Shown here piece by piece: positions 1 to 15,600 of a stretch of 64,000 nucleotides of DNA (positions within the stretch are counted from its first letter, which is position 1; each line of letters opens with the position of its first letter). The notes below the pieces were generated by a model that was given only the letters and a program-made list of their open reading frames with translations, searched no databases and had not been told where the DNA came from. Made by a program: the position numbers and the translations under genes. The stretch comes from Dictyostelium discoideum (lineage: Eukaryota), in contig CM000154.2 of the NCBI GenBank assembly GCA_000004695.1, positions 2,752,001-2,816,000 of the forward strand, given 5' to 3'.

Positions 1-345
1 TAATTAATTAATTTTCATAACAATTATTTTTAGAACTTATTAAGTTTTATTTTTGTTAGATATTGAAATTATAATAGATTTATTTTTTTGTTTTTAAGTA
101 GATAGAAGTTTTTTTTTAAATGAGTTAAAGAGTACAAAGGAACATTGTAACATAGGTTGAACTTTTTTTACAAATTAACTTTATAGTTGTATATTTGATC
201 ACGCATTGCACCTTTTGATATTTTATTGGCATCTGCAAGTATTTTATTCCAAGATTCTCCGACAATATCAAATACTCTGCAATTAAATATGTCTCCATTC
301 TTTCCCTTTAAAATTATATTTTTGGTTAATAAAAATTAATAATAA

Positions 346-3046
346 TTAATAATTATAATAATTATAAAAATAATAATAATAAAAATAATAAAAGTTGATA
401 CAAACTAAATCAGTTAATAAAAATCCTTCACGAAATTGTTGGCAATATTTGTAAAGGTCTAAACAAGGACTATAAGGACTACGGTTATATATATGATGAA
501 CTGTAACCACTGTTTGATCTATAATTATATCTTTTCCACAAAAACTAATAACATCTTGATAAGTTTTAAATTGTTGTGTCAACATATTATTATTATTATT
601 AAAAAAATAAACTTTGTTATTTGAGTTATAAATATTTCCAAGAAGCATTCTTAGAGCAATATCCATTTCAAACATATTGTAACCATCTTCTTGACCTAAA
701 GGATCTATAAGTTTTTCTATACCTTCTAAAGCAAATTTAGTTATTTGTTGATCATCATCATCTCCATTTGCTTCATAGAAATATGAAATTATCTTATTTT
801 TTTCTGTACAAAGGTACTTAGTTTGAAAATTGTTACAATTATCTTCATCTTTACAAAAAACAATATGTGGATAATAAAAATTTGACTCCCAACAAAATTG
901 AATTGGGGCATCCAAAGTATAAAGATTGTTTTTTCTTATAACCATTTCTTGAAATGTTTTAAAATCTATTTTACCACCACCATTAATCTCTACATTCAAA
1001 TCGATTTTGTCTGATGGTGGTGGAAAACTCATTGATGATCCAGTTAGTTGATAATGTTGTTGAATTTTACTTATTCTTTCCATATCATCACTATTTTCTT
1101 TAATTACCAACCTTGAAATAAAATCATTAATACCTTCTTTAACTTTTGAGTTATAAAATGTCCTTTCTCCACTTGAACTTATATAGTAATACGAATAAAC
1201 TTTTTTTGAAAAAAATTTACTAAGAGTTGGGCTTTTGAAACAATGTACTGATCCTCCTCTATGAGCCTATTTTTGAGTGTTATGAAAAATCAATTTTATT
1301 AAAACTAGATTTTAGAAATCCATAATTTAAATATAAATTTTTACTTACCTGTTTTTCCATAAAATTATTATCACCAACACAAAACCATATATAATCATAT
1401 TGATTAGGTTGGGTTGGTACAACTTCATCAGGAAAATCTCGTTTAAATTGAATAACTGAAAAAGCTTGTTTTGAATGATCCTTTTTTCTTGTAATAATTT
1501 TATTATTAGGAGCATAACCAGTTATATCTTCAACTTGATATACTTTACGTTCAAGATTTGTAACTTTTCCTGTTTCAATGTCATTATAATGTTGAGTTTG
1601 TAAATAAAAGTTTCCTAATAGTGAAATTTGTTGACCACCAAAATCCATCTTTAAGGTTGAAATGTATGTCCAAATGTTTATTAAATTTTTATAACTCAAT
1701 TTACTGGGATCCATATATCTTCTTACACCATTAATATAGTTTTTCCCTAATTGGTTATCTTTGTTATAAAATTGTTTTTGATAAAAATATAATTTTTCTG
1801 AATATTGGTTATAAAGTGTTTCTAAATGTTGCTTTTTACTGTATTCCGAAAAATAATATGCCTGGTTTAAAAAGTTAATTTTTTTTTTTTTTTAATAAAT
1901 AAGGTAATTTAAAGATTTTGATTAGATTAATGAAAATACACATACATGCTTTGCCAAAACATACAATGGGAATTTATCATTTTGGTCCAATATTTTAACA
2001 TCTTTAACAATTCCGGCTGTTACTTGAGATTCTCGAATATTAATATTTTCGTAATGAATATTTCTCTTTTGAAAATCATTTGTATCAGGTATTCTCATAA
2101 AGCTAACTCTTGGAAATTTGGCAGGATCTAAATCATCTAATATATTTGTTAACTCTAATGATGAGAGTCCCCAATTGACCGCCAAACCATTAACGTAACC
2201 AATAACTGAATTTGTTAATACCAAATGTCTATAGATACCAACTTCAATCCCTGTTTTTGAAATCGGATAGCAATATGCATACTGTGCTTGTTGTAATTTT
2301 GGGTTCTTATCTTTTGGTATTAAATTCAAAAATTAATATTAATAATAAAGGAATGAAATTGGTTAAATGTATGAAATAATGAACCATTACCTCTTAAATT
2401 TTTATCTTTATGATTAAAAACTTCTAAACCAGGATTAAATCCACCTGTTTGTGGCTTTTTTGCAAATTTTCCTTTCTCCATAGTTTCATCATTTCTACTT
2501 GTTCTAAACAAAGGAAATGCTGTAAAACTATGCATCACATGTATACCACCATCTTTGTTCCTACAAGTTCACAATGTGTTTAAAATAATAAATCAATTTT
2601 TAAATTAAGAAATTAATTTTCCTTTTTTTTTTTTTTTTTTTTTTAAAAAATTTAAATAAAATTAAAAATTAAAATATTAATATTTACCAAATAAAAAATC
2701 CTTTTGAATGTCCACCTATTGGATCTTTATCTCTTGTTTCATCTGGATGATCATTGTAGGTAACATAATTATAATCTGGGTTTTCCATTTGGTTGAATGT
2801 TAATAAAAACGCTGATTCACTATCATATCTTAATGAATATTCAATTCCTATTTTTTCAGTTATGGTATCAGAGAAACTATTCCAATAATAAATTCCACCT
2901 TCTTCAGGTAACTGGTAAATGTACCATTTTCTTATTTTATCGTTCAATCCAATATCTTTTCCTCCTTGTAAACACATGGGCTGACAATAAAATAATTGAA
3001 TATTAAATATAATTAAAATTAAAAAAATTAAAATAATCTTTTTCAT
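346..3046 (-). CDS. Multi-exon gene for a secreted protein of unknown family. Exon 1 carries a signal peptide (MKKIILIFLILIIFNIQLFYCQ), and at least 5 more exons correspond to ORFs 2684-3046, 2326-2538, 1922-2329, 1280-1714 and 346-1110.
   Basis: Collinear minus-strand ORFs are joined by GTAAAT/GTAATG/GTAAGT donors and AG acceptors. For example, the CAG|GTAAGT donor after ...FMEKQ pairs with a ...AAAATAG| acceptor before AHRGGSVHCF (phase 0). Exon 1 has a hydrophobic N-terminal signal peptide. No family motif was recognised with confidence (phospholipase-B-like was considered but not supported). Confidence 0.4.
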
Positions 3047-3119
3047 TTTATTTGTTGTAATTATTTTTTTTATTCTTTTTAAAGAAATTAAATTATTTTA
3101 AAAATTAAAATAATTATAA

Positions 3120-3178
<59 letters not shown>

Positions 3179-3621
3179 TTTTTTAAAAACCCAAATTTTG
3201 GAAATTTTGGAAAATAAAATTTTTTTCCCCCCAGGGGGGGAAAAGGGAAAATTTCCCAAAATTTTTTAAATTTTTTAAAAAAAACCCCCCAAAAAAAAAA
3301 AAAAAAAAACCCAAAAGGTTTTTTAATTTTTTCCAATTTTTTTTTAAACCTTCAAAAAAAAAAAAAAAAAAAAAAAAATTACATTTTTAAAACATTTTCC
3401 AAACTTTAAATTATAAAACCGGGGCAAAATTTGGGAAAATTTTTTTTATTATTATAAATCCCTCCCTAAAAAAAAACCAAACAAAAGGGGTGTTGCCCAA
3501 AAAATTTTAAGGAGGGCCCCCCCCCGGTTTAAAATTGAAAAAAAAAGTTAAATTAAATTTATAAACGGTAAAACCTTTTTTTTTTTTTTAAAAAAAAAAC
3601 TTTTTTTTTTATAAAAAAAAA

Positions 3622-3675
<54 letters not shown>

Positions 3676-3695
3676 CCATTTTTGATTGTGATAAA

Positions 3696-6600
3696 ATGAA
3701 TAAAAAATTTATTTTATTATTTATATTTTTATTATTTTCACTGATAAAAAGTGAAAATATCATAATTATAAATAATGAAACTTTTTTAAATCAAACAAAT
3801 TTAATTTTAAATTCATATTATTCACTAAATGATAATATTTTCAAAACTTCAATAATAAATAATGAATTAATATTCCAAGATTCAAGTATAACATTTTTAA
3901 ATCAACATGAAAAAACATCAATTTACAAAGAAGATTTATTAATTAAAAATGGAGAATATCAATTAAATGGTAAATCAACAATTCCAATAATTTTTATAAG
4001 TTTACAACAAATTTTAAATTCAATAAATCCAGTATTGGAATTATCAAATATTGAACCAATAACCAAAATTACAGCAATTGTAAATTCTTATGATGGTAAT
4101 GTGATTGTAGAAGGTTATGAAAGAATTCCAATTTTTTATAATGAATTACAAAATAAAGTTGAATTTTATCAATCAATTTCAGATATTATTGCTCATATGA
4201 TTATTGATTCAATTAAACCAAACCTTGTTTCAAAAAATAAAGATAGTTTATTTCAAAATTATGATTTAACAATTAACGATTGGGAAGAATCAATATCATT
4301 TTTAAAAGGTTTTAAGAATTTTTTTTCAATTTTAATTAAAAAGGTAATTAATCATTTAAAAAAAAAAAAAAAAAACTAAAATGATTATGGATAAATTATT
4401 AATTAATTTTTTTTTTTTTTTTTTTTCTATTTTGTTATTTCCCATACCTATAGATTGCATTCCCAAAATTATCAGATTCTGTAACTGAATCAATCTATAA
4501 TGATAAATCAAATTCATACATAAACATTAAACATATAAAGTACGTATAAAAATCTGATTTTTAATTTACAAAAAAAAAATATCTTTTCTCAACATAATAA
4601 CTTTTTTTTTCATTTTCGATTTTTCTATTTTTATTTTTTATTATTTTAATTTTTTTTTTTTTTTTTAATTTTTTTTATTTTTTTAATAGGCCAAAAAATA
4701 ATCCCACATTCTCTTCATTATCAATTTCATCAACATTGTTGGATTTATATCAAGGAAATGTTGATAAACAAAATAAACCAGTTTTCTTTGAAAAGATAAC
4801 ATTGTTGTCAATGATTACAAGTTTAAAAAATAAACAAGTTATCGATATTGAATCATTTTCAAAAGTATTATTAGAAAATAATAATTTAGAAATTGGTAAA
4901 TCAATTGAAAATATATTATTTTTAAATAAAATAATTTCAACTTGTTCACTAGTTAATTGTTCAACTAATACATCATCCTCTTCAAGATCAATAAAAGCAA
5001 TTTTAAATCCATCAACATTTAACAATACAATTTCACAATGTATTTATTATGATAAAACTAGAAATCAATATTATGATTTAACTCCATTAATGTTGTATGT
5101 ATTTATATATTTTTAAAATAGTATCAATAATAATAGGAATATTGAATAATATAATATTAATATTTTTATTATTAAATTATATATTATATTATTCAATATT
5201 ATTAGACCATCAAATCAATTTTATAATGTAACTAAAGCATCAGTTACAGGAGGTGCAGTTTTTTTTAATTTTTGTACGAAAATTACAAAATGTGATTCAA
5301 TTGCATCAACAACCAAACAATCAGTGGCTTGTCAATCAACCATTGAACTAGCTTCTCTTAATCTTGCACATACTACAACTTTTCCAACCACTGATGGTTT
5401 AACACTTGCATATACAGCACCTGCTACAGGTACTTGCTCACCTTCAAGAAAATTGTCATATGTTTTCGTATGTAATCTTGCTCAAGAAATGTTAGCTGAT
5501 GTCACTGTAACTGCCAATGCATGTACTTTTACTCTTACCATTCAAACAAAATATGCATGCAAGAATCAAGCAGTCTTTTATTTAAATGGAGATCTTTATG
5601 ATTTAAGACCATTACAATTGTAAGTTTACACCCCTTTTTTTTTATGATCATAATAAATTATTAATAAAATCTTTATATTATTAGAACATATCCAAAACAA
5701 TTTCAAGTTAGATTAACACCATGGAATTATCCAGCAGGAGTAATTAGATATGTTTATTTCAATATTTTTGCAAAATCTAAAATGTGTGAAAATACAACAA
5801 CTGGATCAAATCATGCATGCTATATCGATAGTACAAATAGTGGAGTGATTGTTCCAATGAAGGAGCCAGTCTATACAATTGAAACTCAAGATTTAATTAA
5901 AATTCAATATTTTAGTACAGCCCCTTATTTTCCAAGTTGCCCAAATCCTGTATTGGAAATTAATATCAAATGTAATCCAACAGTTGATTATCAATTCCCA
6001 AGTTCAGTTTCTTATGAAGATATGTGTAGTTATCCAATTCTTATTATTGAATCAAGATATGCATGTCCAACAATGCGTTTCTTAAATGGTAAACAATTTT
6101 ATAGTTTAGAATCCTTACAAAAACAATCAACTAATCCATATCAAGTAGCATTTGGATCCAATTATAAATTACTTTTTAATTTTGGTGGTATTGTTGATAC
6201 ATGTGTACAAGCTATGCCAGCAACAAATCCAACAAAAAGAATTCAAGCTTGTCAAATTCATAATACCAATCAAACTGATGTTCGTATAATTGGTGTTGTT
6301 AATTTAGGTCCATTCGTTAAATTCTCTTACAATTCAATGACATTAGAGTATTTTACAGAAACATTAACAAGTGAATGTCCAACCAATGGCAATCGTAGAT
6401 CTATTAGATTAGTATTAACCTGTAATCCAACCACAGATTATTTAGTAACTAGTGTAGTCGAAAGTCCATTATGTGTCTTCCAAGTAAATATAGGCTCAAA
6501 GTATGCTTGTGATTCATTGATATTTTTCAATGGGTATAGTTTTACAGATTTAACACCATTGAAATCCCTCCAAAGATACACTGATATCAGTGGTGGTAAC

Positions 6601-9600
6601 ACTCTTACTCGTTTATATTATTCAATTGGTGAAGCTCATCCAAGTTGTTATACACATGCAACTGCCAATTCATCATTAATTTATCAATCATGTACTTTTC
6701 CAAACTCAACAGTTTCACAAATTGGTGGATTAAAGAATAGTTCTTATTCATTTATAAATGGTGGTAAGAGTTTACAAATTACCTATTCATCAGATGTTAG
6801 TAGTAAAGTTAAATGTGGCGTTTCCTCAACCCAAACTTTTAATGCCCTTACATTTCAATGTGATCCAGTAAATGAATTTGTTCAATCCCTATATACTATT
6901 CCAAGTGTTTGCTATTATGAGGTTAAAATTAATTCATCATATGCATGTTCATTTCCAAAACTTGAAGATTCACCCAAAGCTATAACATCAATCTCTCAAC
7001 CAAACGGTTTTGCCGGTGATCAGTTAACCATCAATGGTGTAGCGCTCCATCAAACAGATAAGGTTATTTTCTCTACACTATTATTTGATGGATCAGTTCA
7101 TAATGAAGTTGCAACAATTATTTCAAAAACATCAAATCAAATCATAGTTCAAATACCATATGGTTATAGAGATTCTGTAATTTATCTCATATCTGCACTT
7201 GGAGTAAAAAGTAATAGTGTTCCATTTTATTTTTCTCCAAATGTTGATCTTTTAATTCCAGAATTTGAAATAAATAAAATAAATAAAATTTATTTAATTG
7301 GTAATGGTTTAGGTTCATTATTTTCAGCAGTACCAAGTTATTGGGTAAATGTATATGCCACAAGAAATTTCACAGGAAGATTCAAGAGTGAATTAACTTG
7401 TGTTTTTGATAGATATTGTTCTACAGGTGGATCCCAATTTCAACCTATACCTTTACCAAATGGTCAACCAGGTATAACATGTATTGAAAGTGAATATTAT
7501 TTAAATAATACCTCTCTTAGATCAAATTTAACAGATGTAGTGGTTTGTCTTGAAATTCCTTATAATATTGGTACTGGTACGATTGATGCTATTGTTTTCG
7601 GTCCTGGTAGTCTTTCTCAAGTGTTCTCTTCATCCTATAGGTATAAAGCCCCAACTATTATACCACCAAGTATTGATAGTAATGTTAAATTAGTGGTTCA
7701 AAATGAAATAATTACAATCAAAGGTGCAGGTTTTCCAAATTACTCCTATAATAAATATAGTTCAAATCTTGCATGGGAGAAAAGCTATGTTTCATTTGGA
7801 CCTTCTTATCAATGTTTAAATGTTGATTGGAGAAAAACAAATGAAATCTATTGTAAAATACCACCTGGAATTGGATCAAATCTTTTATTATCAGTTACTG
7901 TTGGTGATATCACCTCTAAAGCCTCTCTAAATACAACAAATAATTATTATATTTCTTATAATACTCCAACTTTAACACCAAATATTTTATTTTCTGGTGA
8001 ACCAAGTACTCCATCTAAAATCACAATCACTGGTAATTATTTTATTCCAATTGAATTAGTGGTTGCTGCAACTAGTACTCCAAGCATAATCAATTCATTG
8101 GAAAATTATATAATGATTGGTAATGGTAGAAAATGTGAAAATGTTCAATGGATTGATATAAATACAGTTATTTGTACTCCACCAATTTCAACAAGTTCAA
8201 ATCTCGATCAGTTATATCCAATCTCTATAACAGTTGGTGGTCAAACATCAATTGGTGGTAATGTAAATTTTAGATATTACAATGCTTCTTGTTTTTTCCC
8301 TTGTAATTCAAAACCAACCGTAAATACTCCTTCAAATTTTGTATCAACTTTATATGAAAATGGAATTTGTTCAAATCAATTAGATAATAATAATATTCCA
8401 AATGGTAAATCAATTCAACAATTAGAACAATTTTTCATTGATAATTGGACACCAAATACAATTAACAATGATTGGAAATCTGGTCAATTTTATAAAACAT
8501 TCTTTAGAGAACCAAAACAAACCATTTCAAGCTTATCTCAATTTATTGTACAACAATCAAATGATTCAATTTGTGCCTACGATAATTTATCAGTTACTCC
8601 ATATATATCAGTTCAAGATTTAATTACAATTAGCAATGATTTAAATAATTTAGTTGAAAATTCATTTAAAACTTTAGAAATCGAAAATGGATTCCAAATT
8701 TCCTATTATAATGTAACAAGCAATTCAAATGGTAATGGTCTTGCAATTGTAAAAAGCAATGATAAATTATGTAGTTTCGTTGAAAGTTCCTATGATGTTC
8801 CAAGTTTAAATCAAGCATTACAATTATGTTTTGAATCTTGCTATTTCTATTTTTGTAATGATACTACTCAAAATTATCAAATATTATTAGCTAATTCAAA
8901 TGATTTAAAAAGTATTCTATTAAAATCTGGTATTTGTTCAAATGATATCGAACAATATAATTTCCAACTATTAGAATCCATACTATCGAATCAATTATTT
9001 TATAATGAATTTGAAAGTGATTGGTCAAGAGGTCCACTTTTAAATTTACTTTCAAATACATCAAAGGCAATCAATCAAATATCACCATTTATCAAATTAA
9101 ATTTTCCATTAACATATAGTTGTATCTATGATACACCATCAGCAAGTAAAATTACAATTTCAAAATTAATAGATATAGTTGATGATTATAGAAGATTAAT
9201 TGTTAATAAAGTTTATAATGAAACTAAGGATTATGGTGGTGGTATTTTGAAATCTTATTTTTTCAAATTAAATAGTGATAGTAATACTAAAGGTCTTGTA
9301 ATAGTTACTCGTGATAATAAGATTTGTAGTATCGTTGATTCTTTATATTCAGATTTTACTTCAGATTCAGTTATTACAACTTGTGATATGATTTACTCTA
9401 TTACATCTGTTCAAGTTATAAACGATTCAGTTAAACCATATAGGGTCAGATTTGAATTACTTGGAAATTTCGTTGGTGATATTAAATTTGGTGATGATCA
9501 AATTTGTAATCTCGTTTCAACAGAATTTACAGGTCTTTATGGATATAGGGAATGTTTATTTGATGATATTAAAAATTCAGCCACATTAACATATCAAGCA

Positions 9601-12600
9601 AATGGTATTACCATAGTCGATGATTTTAGATTTAAATTCCCACAACCAATAATTACAAATATTGAATATTCAACCACACCATTAGTAATTGCAAATTCAG
9701 ATATTACAATCACAGGTTTAAATTTATTTAGAGATAATGATGTAGTGAATTTTAAAAACTTAAAAGTAATGATCAATCAACTTGATGTTACATCAACAAT
9801 TAAAGATTCAACAATAAACCCAACAACTGGTTTTTCAACATTTAAAATCAAAGCAATTGGTAGGGGAGAGGCAAACAGAATCATTGTTTATTCAGATGAT
9901 TTTGAAATTCGAACTAATAAATCAATTATGGGTGTAGATTTTTCTCTTATTTATACTTTAGAATCACCAATTTTATCATCATTATCAAGCACAACAGGTC
10001 AACGTGGTGACATGATTAAATTATTTGGTTATTTCCCACAATGTATTCAATGTAATGAAACCATCATTTTATTTGGTGACAATCAAGTTTCTGATTTTAC
10101 AATTATAAGTTCAACAGAAATTCAAGTTATTGTACCATATGGTTTCGATAAAGTACCCATAATAGTAATGATTAATCAAGTTTTCAATCATGATGATAAT
10201 TGGGTTTATTTTTCATATCCACAACCAGAAATTCATCAAATTATAAAGAGTTCAAGCATTGAAACCTCATCAAATAGTCCATTTTGGGTTTTTGGTATTG
10301 GCTTAAATCCACTTCCAACAAATCCAGATTCATTCTTTACAGCTTCTTTACTATCAACTATTTACGATGCTGATAATGATGTAGATGGTGATAATCTTAA
10401 ATTGGAATGTGAATTTTCAGACTTTTGTTATAGAAACAAAGTTTATTATATTGATGGTGGTGATGGCACTGAAAATAATCAAACAATTCCAAGACCAACT
10501 TCTCAAATTGATCCAAATAATTTTGATCCATGTATAGAGTTGAAATCTCAATATTTTGAGAATGTAGAATTTGATACATATGTTTGTTATTTAATTCCTG
10601 GTATTGGTAAAGATTCTGTTGTTGAAATTCAAATCATTCAAGATAATGTTTCAATTAAAAGTAGTTTCAACTATTCCTATGATTTACCATTAATTAATTC
10701 ACTTGAAATTTTACAAAGTAATGGTAGTGATTCTTCCTCTTCCTCTTCTTCTTCTTCTTTTGAATTAATAAGAAATAGTACAAATGGTGGTTTAAATTTA
10801 ATTATTGATGGTTTAAATTTCCCACCAACCGAAATATTTACATTGTATAGTAATGAAGATATTTTTACAGAAAATGATTGGATTCCAATTGAATGGTCAG
10901 TGAGTAATTTATTAATTGGCGAATTTGGTTGTAAAAATATTAGTTGGATAAATTCAAGCACAATCGAAGCGATTATTCCTCCAGGTGTTGGTAAAAATTT
11001 ATCAGTTTCAGTATTGGTTGGTGGTCAATTACCATCTACCAACACTAATTACTCATATTCATATGATTTACCATCATTGGATAATAAAGAGTATACAGTA
11101 TCAACCGATGGTAATAAATTTATTACAATAACAGGTACAAACTTTGTTCCTCTCGAATTAGCAAAACAATTTAATGAAAATCCAAATCAATATCAAACTG
11201 AAAATTTTGTTGAAATTACTTTTAATAAAAGTCATACACAACATTGTGTCGGTATTAAATGGATAAATTCAACAACATTAGAATGTAAAGTTTTACCAGG
11301 TATTGGAAAGAATCATAGTATATCAGTAACAATTGGTAATCAACATTCAATCTCAAACACAACTTTTTCATATAGCAAACCAATTATACCATCAAATAAA
11401 TTTTACTCATCATCAACTCATGGCAATGATGAAATTACAATTGAAGGTGATAATTTTATACCAAAAGATTTAGTAAATCAATATAACAGAAACAATGAAA
11501 ACATCAATGACAATGGTGAAAAAATTAACAGTATATTCATTGATGATAAAGAATGTACATCAATTGTATGGATTAATTCAAAACAAGTAAAATGTAATGT
11601 ACCAGTTGGTCAAGGAACCAATTTAAAGATTAAGGTTATAGTTGGATCACAAGAAGTAATAAGACCAAATATTTTCTCATATAATCCACCAAAAATTAGC
11701 TCAATTGAACCAACAAAAGGTAGAATAAATATCGATAATCAAATCATCACTATCAAAGGAACAAATTTTGGAGTTTCACCAAAGGTACTCATTGATCAAG
11801 TTGATCAATGTTCAAATGTATCACTCGTTTCAAATGATACTTTACAATGTACATTACCAAAATCAACCAGTGAAGGAATAAAGTCAATTTTAGTACAAGT
11901 TGAAAACCAACGTTCAAATTCAAAAGAATTTGAATACTATGGCCCACCAACAATTGAAAACATTCAAACTCCATCATTTATTTCATTTGATGGCGGTGAT
12001 AGAATAACATTAATAGGTAAAAACTTTTTAGAACATGGTGCTCCAATCGATAATTTAGTTTTGGTATTACAAAATCAAAATAATAATATTTCAATTAATG
12101 CTATAGATGTAAAAAGTACATCAATTGTATTTGAAACTATAGAAGGTTCAGACTATACTAAAATATATATCGATTTAAATGGTCAAATATCAAATAGTGT
12201 TTTCATGTTTTATTCAAATCCAAAAATTACCAATATCACACCACCAAGTGGTCAATACAATCAAGCAAATACAATTGTAATTAGTGGTTATAATCTTGCA
12301 TTGGAAGATCATAAATCAGATTTAAAGATTAAAATTGGTTCAAATAATTGTGGTGATATAGCAATTCAATCATCAGAATCTGTATCATGCTCAGTACCAA
12401 TCGTTACTAAATCAGAATCTGGTACAAAACCTGTTATTCTAACTTTTTCTCATCATCTTTCAACATCTTCAGAATATACTTACACAAAACAAGATAGTGA
12501 AAGTCAAGAAACTAGTGAAAGTCATGAAACAGATTCTACCACCACTACTACCACATTATCAACAACAACAATTTCAACTACCACTGGTGGCTCATCTACA

Positions 12601-15600
12601 ACTACATCAAGTCAATCAACTACTGGCCAATCATCGTCAACATCAACAACTGGAAATCCACCCACAACAATTATTAATACAATTCCATTCGGCTTTGTAT
12701 TTCCCCCACTTCCACCCCTTCCACCAATTCCGATTCCACTTCCACCTCTTCCACCAATTCCAAAAGGAGACTTCCTAAAGTTTGGAGAGTTTAAATTTGG
12801 ACCATTTGATTGGGACTTCCCAGGTACAAATGGAATTGCCTTACCAATTTTACCAATTGGTTTACCAGGTCTTCCTGTTGGTTTAGATTTACCTTCAATG
12901 GGTTATCCATTTGGTTTACCAACAACAGCTCCATGCGCACCAAGAACTCTTAGTTTATTGGCAAGAGCTATTAAATCTGTTGGTGGAATCGTTGGAAGAA
13001 TATTTTCACCACCGGTATTTGATCTTCCTTTCTTTGATCCTTGTAAAGATGATGATGGTACTGATGACAGTGATGACAGTGATGGTAGTGAATATACAAC
13101 CTACAATTCAGCTTCAACAACTACAACTGTTGGTTCAACTACAACTAGTGGATCAACAACAACTGGAGGAGAATCAACAACTGGAGGATCAACAACAACT
13201 GGTGGAGAATCAACAACTGGAGGACCAACAGCAACTGGTGGAGAATCAACAACTGGAGGATCAACAACAACAACTGGAGGAGAATCAACGACTACAACTG
13301 GTGGAGAATCTTCAACGACTGGTGGTGAAACTCCAACACCATCAATAACCCCAACTCCAACACCAACAATAACACCTATTCCTCTTGACTCATCCACTGT
13401 ACTTTGTAACTATAATGCTGATCAAACTATCTTAACAATTTTAAACAATGGCTTAAATAGAGTTTGTTGTACTGATGAAAAAGAATCAAGCTTCTGTTAT
13501 TTTGAAAGTATAGAATGTAGAAAAAATAAGCAAAACAACAATATTTCATGTTTGAGCTATCCATTAGGAGGTGAAGCAATTGATTTCGATGAAAGTGTTA
13601 AATGTTATATTGCAAGTGAAACCGTATCATGTTTGTTATCAATTTTAGATCCACTTTCAATTCCAGAACCAATATTACCAAATCAAAATTTACAATGTTT
13701 CATCCACACTAATGAAACATATCCAAGTATTTCCATTAAAAATATTAGATCTAATACCTCTTATATTGGTGATGATAATTCAGTTACTCAAAATAGCTTC
13801 TCTTCTGAGCATAAATGTGTTATAAATACTTTAAACAATACAATTGATTGTTCCGATGTAAATAATTTAGAGCCAACCTTAACATTTAACAAATCATTTA
13901 AAGTATTTATCGATAATAAAATGAATTGTTTAATTGAAAATCCATTTTCATCTGAAACAGGTTCAAGTGATAATAGTTCAAACTCCTCAAGTGATTCAAA
14001 TTCATCAAGTGATAATAGTTCAAACTCTTCCTCAAGCAATTCAAACTCATCTTCCGAATATTCATCTTCAGGTTCAAATTCATCCTCATCTTCAAGTGGT
14101 AGCACCTCAAGTTCATCATCATCAAACAATAGTAGCTCAAACTCATCGTCAAGTGACAGTGGTTCAAATTCTTCATTAGAAAATAGTAGCAGTAATAATA
14201 ATTCAAATTCATCATCAAGTGATAACGGCTCAAACTCTTCCTCAAGTAATTCAAACTCATCTTCTGAATATTCATCTTCGGGTTCAAATCCATCATCATC
14301 TTCAAGTGGTAGCACCTCAAGTTCATCATCAACAAACAATAGTAGCTCAAACTCTTCATCAAGTGACAGTGGTTCAAACTCTTCGTCAGGAAATAGTAGC
14401 GGTAGTAGTTCAAATTCATCTTCAAGTTCAAACTCGTCAACATCATCAAGTGAAACACAAAATAGCTCAGAATCTTATGAAAATAGTATAAAGTGTAATT
14501 TCGATACCAACAAAACTACTCTATTAATTGAAAATATTTTGAATCATTCAATATCATGCTCTGATGAATTCAATAATAATTTCACATCCACTGCTCAAAT
14601 TACATGTGAAATATTATTAAATTATAATAATAATACAAATAATTTCTATTCCAATTGCTCTACAAGCGAGAATGAATCCTACATACTTGGTCAATCCATT
14701 AAATGCTCAATTGATGAATATTTGACTTGTTCATTAAATTCACCAACTATTAACAACAATAGTAGCAGTATCAATGGTAGTAGTGGTATTAGTAGTAGTG
14801 ATAGTAGCGTTAACAATAGTACAAGTAGTGACAACAACAACAATAACAATAGCAATAATACTAGTATAGACTCATCTAATAGTAAATCAACAATTTCAAT
14901 CATCTATGATATTGTAGATAAAAGTATGGTTGTAGAAAATCAAGACAAAGAAGAGATCATATGTTTTGGTGATTATACATCAATATTAATTTATTCTGAT
15001 GATTTTGGTTGTTCGATCGTTATGATAAATGGAACAAATTTAATTAAATGTTCAAATAATAATACAGAAACTATGGAAGAGTTAACCTTTTATCAATCAG
15101 TAGAATGTAAAATTGATGATTCAACTCAATCATATTCACTAGTTATTCCGTCACCACCAATTGTTGATCAAGTTATAGAGTGCCATTTCAATTTAAATCG
15201 TACTACACTTGATATTGAAAATAATGGTAGTCATGTTATCACATGCAGTGACAATTTAAATTCTCAAAGATTCAACTTCTCCAAAGGTATCGGTTGTATG
15301 ACTAATGAAACAACAAATCAAATATCTTGTTTTAGTGAAAATCAAACTGCTTTTTTCAATCAATCAGTATCATGCTCATTAAACAAATATATGACATGCT
15401 CTTTAGATGTTGTTTCATTATCATCATCTTCCTCTTCATCTTCATCCTCGTCTGTTAACGGTGGCAATAATTCATCAACACCAACAGTGTCAATGTCATT
15501 AAACTCTTCCACATCAGATTCATCAACATCGGCCTCTTCAATGTCATCATCATCCTCCTCTTCAATAGAACCTAATGAATATGTAATTACTAGTAAATTT

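Noticed and set aside
346-3046. Assignment of the 346-3046 secreted protein to the phospholipase-B-like (Ntn-hydrolase) family
   Set aside because: I could not recall a diagnostic motif with certainty, so the gene is kept as unknown family.
13101-14491. Several long ORFs antisense or out of frame within the giant gene (13101-13397-, 13788-14339-, 13907-14458-, 13934-14179+, 14219-14491+, 12497-12778+, 12911-13348+)
   Set aside because: They lie in trinucleotide and Ser/Thr/Gly-repeat coding sequence where every frame is open. Their products (poly-DDEL, poly-VVD, poly-QQL) are repeat artefacts and overlap a well-supported sense ORF.
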